Positions 55,482-64,000 of a stretch of DNA of 64,000 nt are shown one piece after another. Made by a program: the position numbers and the translations under genes. Origin of the DNA: Patescibacteria group bacterium (GTDB lineage: Bacteria; Patescibacteriota; Minisyncoccia; Phycocordibacterales; JBBTRF01); assembly GCA_038065315.1 (NCBI GenBank), contig JBBTRF010000001.1:230413-294412 (forward strand), given 5' to 3'. Each line of letters begins with the position of its first letter. Position 1 is the stretch's first letter. Below the pieces are notes generated by a model, which saw only the letters and a list, made by a program, of their open reading frames with translations, was not told the DNA's origin and ran no database searches.

Positions 55482-57830
55482 ATGCCACAAAAAAGTTCAA
55501 CAAAAAAATCTTCCGGAAAAATAAAGGCGATGGCGGAAGATGCGCCTGCGACACACGGCTTTGCTCGAAAAACCGGCAAAAAGTTGCTCATCGTCGAGTC
55601 TCCGGCGAAAGCGAAGACTATTTCTAAATATCTCGACGGCGAGTACACCGTGCGTGCGTCGGTTGGACACGTGCGTGACCTCCCAAAAAACAACAAGAAG
55701 GCCATCGACATCCCTGGCGGCTTTATCCCCCACTACGAAATTTCCAAAGGCAAAGAAAAAGTCGTCGCCGAATTGGCCGAGCTCGCCAAGACCGCTGAAG
55801 AAGTCCTCCTCGCCACCGACCCCGATCGAGAAGGCGAGGCTATTGCTTGGCACATTAAGGAGGCGTTGAAATTAAAAAACCCAAAACGTATCGTCTTCCA
55901 CGAAATCACCAAGGATGCGGTGAAAGAAGCGATGGAACATCCGCGCGACATCGACGAAAATCTGCGTCGTGCCCAAGAAGCCCGCCGCGTACTCGACCGA
56001 CTCGTGGGATATGACCTTTCCGGCCTCATCTGGAAGAAGGTGAGATACGGCCTTTCTGCTGGTCGCGTACAATCCCCCGCCTTGCGCATCATCATGGAGC
56101 GCGAGCGCGAGATTCGCGCCTTCATCCCCGAAGCGTTTTGGGTGATCAGTGCTGAAGTACAGCCAGCGACCACCTCAAAAGGCACCACCGCTCCGGCCTT
56201 CACCGTGACCTGCGTCGAAGAGCCGCGCGATCAGAAAGAAATGGAGCGTATCGTGGACGTCGGCACCAAAGCGGGCGAAGAAAACGGCTGGTACATCTCC
56301 GGCATTTCCGAAACCGACACCAAGCGTTCGCCAAAAGCGCCATTCATCACTTCCACTCTCCAACAAGCCGCGAGCTCACGACTCGGCTACGCTCCTTCCC
56401 GCACCATGGGTATCGCCCAGAAGCTGTACGAAGCAGGCCACATCAGCTACATGCGTACTGACAGCACTAACCTCAGCCAGCAAGCTTTGACGCAGATTTA
56501 CTCGACCATCGAGAGCACTTGGGGCAAGGAGTATCTTAATCCGCGTGTCTTCACGACCAAAAGCAAGAACGCTCAAGAGGCGCACGAAGCGATCCGTCCG
56601 ACCAACATCGGCCAACGCACTGCTGGCTCCGCACCCGAGCAGGAGGCACTCTATGAATTGATCTGGCAGCGCACTGTCGCCTCACAAATGTCGGACGCAC
56701 GCATTATGCGCACCAAGGTCACCGCCAATATTACGGCGGAAGTGCTTGCGAAGCTCGGGGCAAAGGAGATTCCCGACTTCACCATCAATGGCTCACGTGT
56801 TCTTTTCCCAGGTTGGATTGCTGCCGACCCAGAAGCTCGCGGCGAGGATGTTGAAGTACCGAAAGTGTCAAAAGACGAAGCGCTGTCGCTCATCGCCATG
56901 AAGACCGACGCCAAAACCACCGAACCACCGGGCCGATACTCCGAAGCCGGCCTCGTGAAAGAGCTCGAAAAGCGTGGCATCGGCCGACCATCGACCTACG
57001 CGTCCATCATCAAGACTATTGAGGAACGCGAGTATGTTGTGAAGGAGCAAAAAGCCCTCAAGCCCACCGACACAGGTGACGTGGTGAGCTCGTTCCTGGA
57101 AAACAATTTTGCCGAATACATCAGCGACACCTTCACCGCCGACATGGAAGACAAGCTCGACGATATCGCGCTTGGAAAGGCGGAGTATGAAAAAACGCTA
57201 AAGAATTTCTATACGCCGTTTCAAAAAGATATCAAGGCCAAAGAAAAGACCGCGAAGGCCACCGACCTCGGTGCCGCGCCCGATGAATTCAAGTGCCCTG
57301 TCTGCGGCGGTGACATGATCATTAAACTCGGACGTACCGGCAAGTTTTTGAGTTGCGCGAAGTTCCCGGACTGTACTGGAGCGCGCACATTTGAAGGCAA
57401 GGAGCTGGCAGGACCGAAAGAAACCGGCGAAGCTTGCCCAGAATGCGGCAAGGGCAAACTCATCGAGCGCGAAGGCCGGTTTGGCAAATTCATTTGCTGC
57501 AACCTGTATCCGAAGTGCAAGTTCATCAAGAAAGACGCAGAGCTAGAGCGCCAAAACTCCACCGGCGTCGCCTGCCCAATGTGCGGCACTGGAATGATGA
57601 CCGAACGCCGCGGTCGCTTTGGACTTTTCTACAGTTGCTCCAACTATCCGAAGTGCAAGAACGCGATCAAGGCCAAGCCGACCGGCAATATCTGCTCACA
57701 TGGTCGCGACAAAGGCGATGGCAAAGGTTTAACCCCCTGCGGCGCCCTCATGATGGCCGGTACCAAGACCATCCCAGAACGCTGCTCCGACAAAACCTGT
57801 CCGAATCACAATCCGCACAAGTTGGTGTAG
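55482..57830 (+). CDS. topA: DNA topoisomerase I
   Basis: IVESPAKAKTI, ATDPDREGE, SAGRVQ, YMRTDS, QEAHEAIRPT, GIGRPSTY, C-terminal zinc ribbons. Confidence 0.98.
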   Translation: MPQKSSTKKSSGKIKAMAEDAPATHGFARKTGKKLLIVESPAKAKTISKYLDGEYTVRASVGHVRDLPKNNKKAIDIPGGFIPHYEISKGKEKVVAELAELAKTAEEVLLATDPDREGEAIAWHIKEALKLKNPKRIVFHEITKDAVKEAMEHPRDIDENLRRAQEARRVLDRLVGYDLSGLIWKKVRYGLSAGRVQSPALRIIMEREREIRAFIPEAFWVISAEVQPATTSKGTTAPAFTVTCVEEPRDQKEMERIVDVGTKAGEENGWYISGISETDTKRSPKAPFITSTLQQAASSRLGYAPSRTMGIAQKLYEAGHISYMRTDSTNLSQQALTQIYSTIESTWGKEYLNPRVFTTKSKNAQEAHEAIRPTNIGQRTAGSAPEQEALYELIWQRTVASQMSDARIMRTKVTANITAEVLAKLGAKEIPDFTINGSRVLFPGWIAADPEARGEDVEVPKVSKDEALSLIAMKTDAKTTEPPGRYSEAGLVKELEKRGIGRPSTYASIIKTIEEREYVVKEQKALKPTDTGDVVSSFLENNFAEYISDTFTADMEDKLDDIALGKAEYEKTLKNFYTPFQKDIKAKEKTAKATDLGAAPDEFKCPVCGGDMIIKLGRTGKFLSCAKFPDCTGARTFEGKELAGPKETGEACPECGKGKLIEREGRFGKFICCNLYPKCKFIKKDAELERQNSTGVACPMCGTGMMTERRGRFGLFYSCSNYPKCKNAIKAKPTGNICSHGRDKGDGKGLTPCGALMMAGTKTIPERCSDKTCPNHNPHKLV

Positions 57831-57953
57831 AGACGCACCACTAGCCGCAAAAGTTATCAACACCTCGGATTTCACCACATTTGACGAAATGTGGCAATTT
57901 ATGCTATTATACTTGGCAGTCAACCGCAACCCTTAGCACGCAGAACATCCTCT

Positions 57954-58640
57954 ATGACCGCTCTTTTACCACCAGCCCGCGGAGACGCGGACCTTGAGCT
58001 CGTCGTCCCAACTCGGCTGCAAACGCCCGGGCCGACGACCGCACCGAAGTTCAAGTGGGAGAACGTCCCCATCTTCTTGAGTGCCTATACGCCCGAGGAA
58101 GCCTACCAAGCCCACGAGGCTGTCAGACAAGTCTTCAATGCCACCGTTGCCCAATGCGCGGTCGACGGCCTCAAGGTTATCGGCAGCCACGAAGCCTGGA
58201 GAAACACCTTCGGCATGACCTCCAGCCTCCCCACCCTCTACGACCTCATGGTCGAGACTGGGTGGCGGAAGCAAGGTTCCGAAAGCTACCGCGCCGAAGT
58301 GCGCAGGAACTTGGCGATGATGCTGCGCGAAACTGCGATGGTCCAGGCGGACTTGTCCAGAGTCCGCTTCGGCATCCGCAACAGCTCGCATTTGATCGTT
58401 GATTCCGGCCCAAACTACGAAAAGGCCGACGCAATGATCCGGATCACGGAAAACGTCTTCGCTGGCGTCGCCCGTTTCTTCCATAGCTCGTCCACGAACA
58501 CGTTTCTCGTGAGCGACCCGCACGGCTTCATCTTCCTCCACGCCCTCAAGGCAAATGTGAAGGCACTCGGCTTCTGGGAAGTCCTGGCAGAAGAAGCAGA
58601 CCTCGCAGGAGACGAGGAAAGTTCCCTCGTAAGGCTGTGA
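57954..58640 (+). CDS. hypothetical protein
   Basis: ORF with TTGACG...TATTAT promoter upstream and CAGCGG/CCGCTG terminator at about 58668-58694. Confidence 0.6.
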   Translation: MTALLPPARGDADLELVVPTRLQTPGPTTAPKFKWENVPIFLSAYTPEEAYQAHEAVRQVFNATVAQCAVDGLKVIGSHEAWRNTFGMTSSLPTLYDLMVETGWRKQGSESYRAEVRRNLAMMLRETAMVQADLSRVRFGIRNSSHLIVDSGPNYEKADAMIRITENVFAGVARFFHSSSTNTFLVSDPHGFIFLHALKANVKALGFWEVLAEEADLAGDEESSLVRL

Positions 58641-58695
58641 ACAACCACACAACGACCTCCAGCACGACAGCGGACCGCAAGGCCCGCTGTTTTTC

Positions 58696-59712
58696 TTAGA
58701 CCACAAAATTATTCACTGAGTACAAATTGTCGTCATTTTCATCCGCCTTCTTCTCATCAACACTGCGGTCGTCGACAGGTGCTTCTGTTCCGACTTCTGG
58801 CTCTGCTATCACCGCAGAAATTTCTGAGACGACAGGCACCTGGATCGGTGCAACGGAAACCACCCCAGCCGCCGTCTTCTTGTGGATCAGCTCCATGAGT
58901 GTACGCAGATCGTCCGGGCCGAAATAATCAATAGTGATCTTGCCGCCTTTGTCGCGCTGTTCGATATGCACACGGGTGCCGAGGGTTTCGGTGAGCTTCT
59001 CCTCCATTTCGATAATGTCCGGCGCGATCATGCGCTCCTTCTTGCGAATCTTGTCAAAGGCAACACGTCGGGCGATCGCCTCAGCCTCACGCACGGTGAG
59101 CTTTTTCAAAATGATCTCCTTGAACAATACCAATTGCTCCTCCGGACGATCATTGAGCATCATCAGCGGACGCGCGTGACCTTCAGAAATGCGACCCATG
59201 GAAAGCGCTTCGAGCAATTCTGGTGGCATCGAAAGCAGGCGGAGTGTGTTGCTGACATATTCTCGGCTCTTGCCCATCTTCTCGGCGATCTGGCCGTGTT
59301 TGAACTTGAACTCTTCGACAAGGCGCTGGAAAGCGCGGGCACGGTCCACAGCATTGAGGTCCTCGCGCTGGAGGTTTTCAATGATGGCTAGCTCAAGCTT
59401 CACGCGGTCGCTCTCTTCAGAAGCGCGGATGAGGGTCGGCACCTGGCTGAGGCCGGCGATTTTCGAAGCGCGGAGACGGCGCTCGCCGGAAATGAGCTCG
59501 TATTCGGTGGAGAGACCGCCGTCAGCTTTCACTACTTCCTTGCGCGTCACCACAAGCGGCTGAAGGATGCCGTACATGCGGATGGATTCAGCGAGGTCTT
59601 TGAGGCGCAGTTCGTCGAATTCCTTGCGCGGCTGGAAAGGATTCGGGCGTACCTTGTCGATATCGATCCAAAAAATGGAGTCGCTGAAGAATTGTGATGC
59701 GGGAGGGGTCAT
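58696..59712 (-). CDS. parB: Chromosome partitioning protein ParB/Spo0J
   Basis: PNPFQPRKEF, GILQPLVV, SGERRLRA, IENLQREDL, HTH KSREYVSNTLRLL, SEGHAR, LTVREAE. Confidence 0.93.
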   Translation of the reverse strand: MTPPASQFFSDSIFWIDIDKVRPNPFQPRKEFDELRLKDLAESIRMYGILQPLVVTRKEVVKADGGLSTEYELISGERRLRASKIAGLSQVPTLIRASEESDRVKLELAIIENLQREDLNAVDRARAFQRLVEEFKFKHGQIAEKMGKSREYVSNTLRLLSMPPELLEALSMGRISEGHARPLMMLNDRPEEQLVLFKEIILKKLTVREAEAIARRVAFDKIRKKERMIAPDIIEMEEKLTETLGTRVHIEQRDKGGKITIDYFGPDDLRTLMELIHKKTAAGVVSVAPIQVPVVSEISAVIAEPEVGTEAPVDDRSVDEKKADENDDNLYSVNNFVV

Positions 59713-59865
59713 ACGAGATATTCTAGCATGCGTTGGCAAGAGGAGTGGCACAGGCGTGTGCATATCGCGAGGCGCCGCCCGTTGTCGCTTACGACCTGGC
59801 CTTGTCTCGCGAAAATTGATTTTTTGCCCAAAATTGCTACACTGGGCTAGGTTTTTCGAAGATAT

Positions 59866-59949
59866 GCCGGAGTGATGGAATGGCAGTCATGCACGACTCA
59901 AAATCGTGTGTCGCAAGACGTGTGGGTTCAAGTCCCACCTCCGGCACCA
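59866..59949 (+). tRNA. tRNA-Leu(CAA)
   Basis: GCCGGAG/CTCCGGC acceptor, CACGA-CTCAAAA-TCGTG anticodon arm, long variable arm, GGTTCAAGTCC, CCA. Confidence 0.95.
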
Positions 59950-59973
59950 ACTTATTGTGTAGTGAATAGTCAT

Positions 59974-60063
59974 TTGACTTCCCCACAGAAGTCACCTATA
60001 CTATAGGTACAAATGGCCGTAAGGCTCGGTCCCGCAAGGGATCAGAAAAGTTCGGAAACGCAG
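59974..60063 (+). ncRNA. Promoter plus candidate small RNA convergent on the toxin gene
   Basis: TTGACT-17-TATACT (59974-60002) then GGCC-GTAA-GGCT and GGTCCC-GCAA-GGGATC GNRA hairpins. Confidence 0.5.
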
Positions 60064-60462
60064 TCAGAGCATCGCTTTGATTGCGTTTTTGATTTGCATA
60101 AAAGAATCGTCAGTTGCAACACCCAACTTGTCGATAAAACGCTTCGTATCCACGGGACGAACTTGGGAAATAATCGCCATGCGCGCGAGGTCGTCATTAG
60201 ATATCGAACAAGCGACGTAGTATTTATTGTCCTTTTTAATTTTAGTAGTGAGTGGCACGATTAGTACGAGGTATTTATTGAACTTTTTTAATATTAAAAC
60301 AGGTCGTCGGAATTCGTCACCCTTTCCATCCTGCTCAAAGCCGATGTTTGCACCAAGTGCGATCCACCACACCTCTTTCTCACGAAAAAACAGGGTATCG
60401 ATATCCTTTCTATCATTGAGAATGGTCTTTTTCTGATGCCACTGCGGATAGTCTTTTTTCAC
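60064..60462 (-). CDS. PemK/MazF-family toxin, no adjacent protein antitoxin
   Basis: EVWW..LG.NIG.EQDGK...RPVLILK....L.VPLTT, SQVR.VD.KR. Confidence 0.85.
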   Translation of the reverse strand: MKKDYPQWHQKKTILNDRKDIDTLFFREKEVWWIALGANIGFEQDGKGDEFRRPVLILKKFNKYLVLIVPLTTKIKKDNKYYVACSISNDDLARMAIISQVRPVDTKRFIDKLGVATDDSFMQIKNAIKAML

Positions 60463-60545
60463 ACATATATTTTCTCAAAAAGAAGAGCGGTCCGCACCTA
60501 TCCTCGCTTAAAATTATGTGGTGTGTATAATCAACAGTACTAAAA

Positions 60546-61499
60546 ATGTCTGAGTTAGAAAAAATAAAGATTCTTGTGATCGTCGGTCCGACCGCTTCTG
60601 GCAAGAGCGATTTAGCGGTGCACCTAGCGAAGCAGCTTGACGGCGAGGTGATTTCGGCGGATTCGCGTCAGGTATACAAAGGTCTCGATGTTGGCACTGG
60701 CAAGATCACGGCTGTCGAAATGCAGGGCGTGCGGCACCACCTCCTCGATGTCGCTTCCCCGTTGCGAAAATTCACCGTCGAGCGATACAAGAAGCTCGCC
60801 GCAAAGGCGATCGCGGACATCGCGAAGCGCGGCAAGCTGCCGATCATCTGCGGCGGCACCGGCTTCTATATCGACGCGCTCGTGGATGGTATCGTATTTC
60901 CTGATGTACCACCCAATCCAAAGCTTCGCGCAGAGCTCGCTAAAATCGGCAAAAAAGATCCGGCAGCGCTATTTGCACAACTAAAAGAGCTCGACCCAGA
61001 GCGCGCAGAAGCAATTGACCAACACAACCTGCGACGCGTGATTCGAGCGATCGAGATTGCAACAGCACTCGGAAAAGTGCCTAAAATTTCAAGTATGGAA
61101 AATACAGAGAACAGCTCGCCATACGACCCCATCTTCATCGGCGTCAATCCCGACACAGAGACACTGCGTGCGAAAATACAGACACGCCTCATCGAACGTA
61201 TCGACAAACAAGGCATGGTCGACGAAGCGCGTGCCCTGTATGACGGCGGCCTGTCGTGGAAACGCATGGAGGAGCTCGGACTCGAATATCGATATCTTGC
61301 GCTATTTCTTCAGCAGAAAATCACTCGCGAAAAAATGATCGATCGTCTCGGCTTCGAGATCTGGCACTACGCCAAACGCCAGCTTGCGTGGTTCAAAAGG
61401 AACAAACATATTCAGTGGTTTGAGAGCGGGACGGATGCGGCCATCTTAAAAAAGGTCAGAGGGTTTTTGGAGAAGATTGGTGGAAAAAAGACTACTTAA
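60546..61499 (+). CDS. miaA: tRNA dimethylallyltransferase
   Basis: GPTASGKS, ISADSRQVYKGLD.GTGK, GGTGFY, RRVIRAIE, YAKRQ..WF. Confidence 0.96.
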   Translation: MSELEKIKILVIVGPTASGKSDLAVHLAKQLDGEVISADSRQVYKGLDVGTGKITAVEMQGVRHHLLDVASPLRKFTVERYKKLAAKAIADIAKRGKLPIICGGTGFYIDALVDGIVFPDVPPNPKLRAELAKIGKKDPAALFAQLKELDPERAEAIDQHNLRRVIRAIEIATALGKVPKISSMENTENSSPYDPIFIGVNPDTETLRAKIQTRLIERIDKQGMVDEARALYDGGLSWKRMEELGLEYRYLALFLQQKITREKMIDRLGFEIWHYAKRQLAWFKRNKHIQWFESGTDAAILKKVRGFLEKIGGKKTT

Positions 61500-61558
61500 C
61501 CAATAGAAAAGCCGCAAGGAGTAACCCCTGCGGCCATTGACTCACGACTAGACAACAA

Positions 61559-62365
61559 TCAGCCTTTGCGAGCTGCCTCCATCGCGGCGGCAAGCTTCTG
61601 CCATTCTTCGCGCTTTTTCGGCTTCCAGACGACATTCCTCGCAGCCACATCAGCGGCCACGAACACGTCGTCCTGCTGGTATTGCATGATGCGCTGACGA
61701 ACCAGCGGAATGACCGGCAAGGTCAACCCGACCCGAGGGCTAAACTCCTTCTCCACATCGAGCGAGCGATTGAGGAAGCAGAGGATGCCAGCAACGTGGG
61801 CACCATGACTTTCGATGAGGGCAACGAGCTCCGCCGTCGTGCTGAAGTTGTTGCACACGTCCTCAGTGATCCACCAGAATTCGCCCGCTTCGGGTTCGTG
61901 ACGATCGAAGACGAGCTTGGAGACTTCGCGAGAATTCGGAGTGGCGACAGCAGTGATCACCTTCTCGGGAAAGATGTATTGTCTCATATACTCGTCGTCA
62001 ATCCTCCCTGCAGCTTGAGCGAGAGCGCAGGCCAATGCCTTGCCACCCTCCGGTGCACCGATAAAACCAGCCGACACCTTTAAGGTGGGTCCGAGGTCTC
62101 GGTCCCAAATGTCGCTGATAAGCTGCCCGGCCAAATGCTTCAGGATCGGCGCATGCCGCTCCGCCTTTGCGAAGTTGACATACTCGTCACCGACATACTG
62201 CAATTTCTCAGCCTCGTATCGTCCAGCATAGCCGACGAGTGGTCCGAGGCGTTTCCCGCCAGGATCTTTTGGGCACTTGTAGTAGCCGCCACAACGCCTG
62301 AGCAGGTCGAGTGGATTTTGAATCCTGTCTGTGACACCCGGTTCGAACAATTGAATAGTTTGCAT
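61559..62365 (-). CDS. pyrE: Divergent orotate phosphoribosyltransferase-like PRTase
   Basis: YVNF, GAPEGG..LA, ITEDV.NNFST PRPP-loop variant, LNRS; directly downstream of pyrF. Confidence 0.6.
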   Translation of the reverse strand: MQTIQLFEPGVTDRIQNPLDLLRRCGGYYKCPKDPGGKRLGPLVGYAGRYEAEKLQYVGDEYVNFAKAERHAPILKHLAGQLISDIWDRDLGPTLKVSAGFIGAPEGGKALACALAQAAGRIDDEYMRQYIFPEKVITAVATPNSREVSKLVFDRHEPEAGEFWWITEDVCNNFSTTAELVALIESHGAHVAGILCFLNRSLDVEKEFSPRVGLTLPVIPLVRQRIMQYQQDDVFVAADVAARNVVWKPKKREEWQKLAAAMEAARKG

Positions 62366-62394
62366 GTTCTCTCTTTCGTTTTGCGATCCGGCGT

Positions 62395-63270
62395 TTATTG
62401 CCGGAACTGGTTGATGGTTTCGTGCAGTTTGAGCGTCTCACGACGAGCAGCTTCGGCAAAATCCGTCCCGCTCGAAGCAAAGATGATGCCGCGAGAGGAG
62501 TTGATGATCATGCCGCCGCCATCGACGCGCTTGCCAGCTTTCACCGTCTTCTCGATATCGCCGCCCTGGGCTCCGATACCGGGAATGAGGATAGGCATGT
62601 CACCGACGATCCGACGGACATCTTTGAGCTCGTGTGGATACGTTGCCCCAACAACGACGGCACAGTTGCCGTTGTTGTTCCACTTACCAGCAACTTGTTC
62701 GGCGACCACCTGATAAAGTGGTTTTGTAATGGGACGAATCCCCATGACAGGGTCGGTATCCATCTCGCCAGTGAAGACTTGTAGGTCTTGAAACTCCCCG
62801 GCCCCTGGATTGGAGGTGCGACAGAGAATAATGATGCCTTTGTCTGTCCTGGCAAGGAAAGGAGCAAGCGCCTCTTTGCCCAAATAGGGGTGCACGGTGA
62901 GGGCATCGGCCTTCAGATAGTCGAAGGCAGCTTGCTCGTAACCGGCATTGGTATTGCCGATGTCGGCACGTTTGGCATCAAGGATGACAGGGACATTTGG
63001 AGCGACTTCATTGATGTGCTGGATCGTCGCACGAAGCGCCGCCAAACCCCTGTCTCCATGTGCTTCGTAGAAAGCGCTGTTCGGCTTGTAGGCGCAGACC
63101 ACATCCTTGGTAGCGTCAACGATCGCCGCATTGAAGCGATAGAGGGATGAGAAGACGCTTTCTTGGCGGATGTGTTCCGGAATCTTTTCGAGTTCGCTGT
63201 CGAGTCCGACGCACACCGACTTGCCTTGAGCCCACAGGGTTTCAAGCTTTTCACGGAAGGTTGAGTTCAT
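62395..63270 (-). CDS. pyrF: Orotidine-5'-phosphate decarboxylase
   Basis: CVGLD, YKPNSAFYE, DAKRADIGNT, RTSNPG, VVGAT, L.PGIGAQGG, NSSRGI. Confidence 0.96.
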   Translation of the reverse strand: MNSTFREKLETLWAQGKSVCVGLDSELEKIPEHIRQESVFSSLYRFNAAIVDATKDVVCAYKPNSAFYEAHGDRGLAALRATIQHINEVAPNVPVILDAKRADIGNTNAGYEQAAFDYLKADALTVHPYLGKEALAPFLARTDKGIIILCRTSNPGAGEFQDLQVFTGEMDTDPVMGIRPITKPLYQVVAEQVAGKWNNNGNCAVVVGATYPHELKDVRRIVGDMPILIPGIGAQGGDIEKTVKAGKRVDGGGMIINSSRGIIFASSGTDFAEAARRETLKLHETINQFRQ

Positions 63271-63352
63271 AACAAGGAGACTGTCTCTGGGTTTCGGGTT
63301 GTGAATGTCCTATGATCAGCTAGTACGGCTAGCCACGGCATCCGTCCCAACA

Positions 63353-63970
63353 CTAGCACTTTGAGGATTTGGTAGCAAATGAATCAGTCTTTGTGGCCAC
63401 TCCCCTGTACATATATGCCAGCGGCATTGACCATGTTGAAAATGTGTCTAGTTTTTGGATATCGAACCCAGACCCGCGGATCAGCTTCTCTATTTCCCGA
63501 TCCAAATGGCAGCCACCGGCAAAACACTTCGAAAACGGTGTGCAGCATTTCTGAACAGCTGCGACAAAACGGTTCGGCGACTTTCCATGTTCGATGAAAG
63601 AAAAAGTTCCGCCCGGCTTCAGCACTCGCAACACCTCTTTCAATGCGAGCTGCGGATGCGGGATGGTGCACAGACTCCAAGTGGACACGACAGCATCGAC
63701 TGATGTGTCGGCGAGCGGGATCTGCTCTGCTGAGGCTTGGAGAAAGTCGACTGGGAATGCCGCTTTTTCGACTCTTCCTTTAGCGAGAACAAACAAATCG
63801 CGCGATGGATCGAGCGCGAACAATTTCGAAACGTTTCGATAATACGGCAAATTGAGTCCAGAACCGAAGCCGATCTCCAGCACGATACCGCTCGCCGCCT
63901 GAGCAACAGCAAGACGATGCTTCTCGAAGCTTTTTCGCTTCATCGCGCAGTCGAGAAAGAATGGGGTCAT
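63353..63970 (-). CDS. Class I SAM-dependent methyltransferase (frame stays open to the window edge)
   Basis: VLEIGFGSGLN, ALDPS, AEQIP, SLCTIP, RVLKPGG, EHG, GGCHLDR. Confidence 0.9.
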   Translation of the reverse strand: MTPFFLDCAMKRKSFEKHRLAVAQAASGIVLEIGFGSGLNLPYYRNVSKLFALDPSRDLFVLAKGRVEKAAFPVDFLQASAEQIPLADTSVDAVVSTWSLCTIPHPQLALKEVLRVLKPGGTFSFIEHGKSPNRFVAAVQKCCTPFSKCFAGGCHLDREIEKLIRGSGFDIQKLDTFSTWSMPLAYMYRGVATKTDSFATKSSKC

Positions 63971-64000
63971 TTTAGAAAATATCGTTACATCACCAGTTGC

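Noticed and set aside
58696-59865. parS site near parB
   Set aside because: No GTTTCACGTGAAAC-like palindrome seen by eye
1-64000. Alternative genetic code (TGA=Gly) or a prophage/IS element
   Set aside because: TGA ends well-defined genes (dprA, radC, dus) and no core genes are interrupted by TGA; no integrase, transposase or virion genes recognised

Overview
Chromosomal window from a bacterium that looks like Patescibacteria/CPR (Parcubacteria-like). This is an inference from the gene repertoire, the many -10 boxes sitting about 6 nt before start codons, and genetic code 11 with TGA stops. The housekeeping backbone is uvrB, tgt, dinB, dnaX, dus, ftsQ, serS, dprA, topA, parB, miaA, pyrEF and three tRNAs. 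Interleaved with it are a Sau3AI-like restriction-modification/radC/HEPN island with an unannotated vsr remnant (1-4254), a CsoR-controlled copper cluster (29128-33139), a defence-like island splitting dprA from topA (48258-54832), and many ORFans and surface proteins. The most notable unexplained signals are: (i) two antitoxin-less RNase-toxin-like genes next to tRNAs, each faced by a convergent sigma70 promoter driving a small GNRA-hairpin RNA (candidate RNA-antitoxin modules); (ii) a GIY-YIG/DUF2075 helicase fused to an apparently intact LexA-type S24 autopeptidase beside MazG; (iii) a four-copy oriented nested-palindrome repeat family; (iv) several long hairpin-dense intergenic regions; and (v) small ORFs missed by the ORF track. 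No CRISPR array, rRNA, integrase or transposase was seen. All family assignments are from motif recognition by eye, not database searches.
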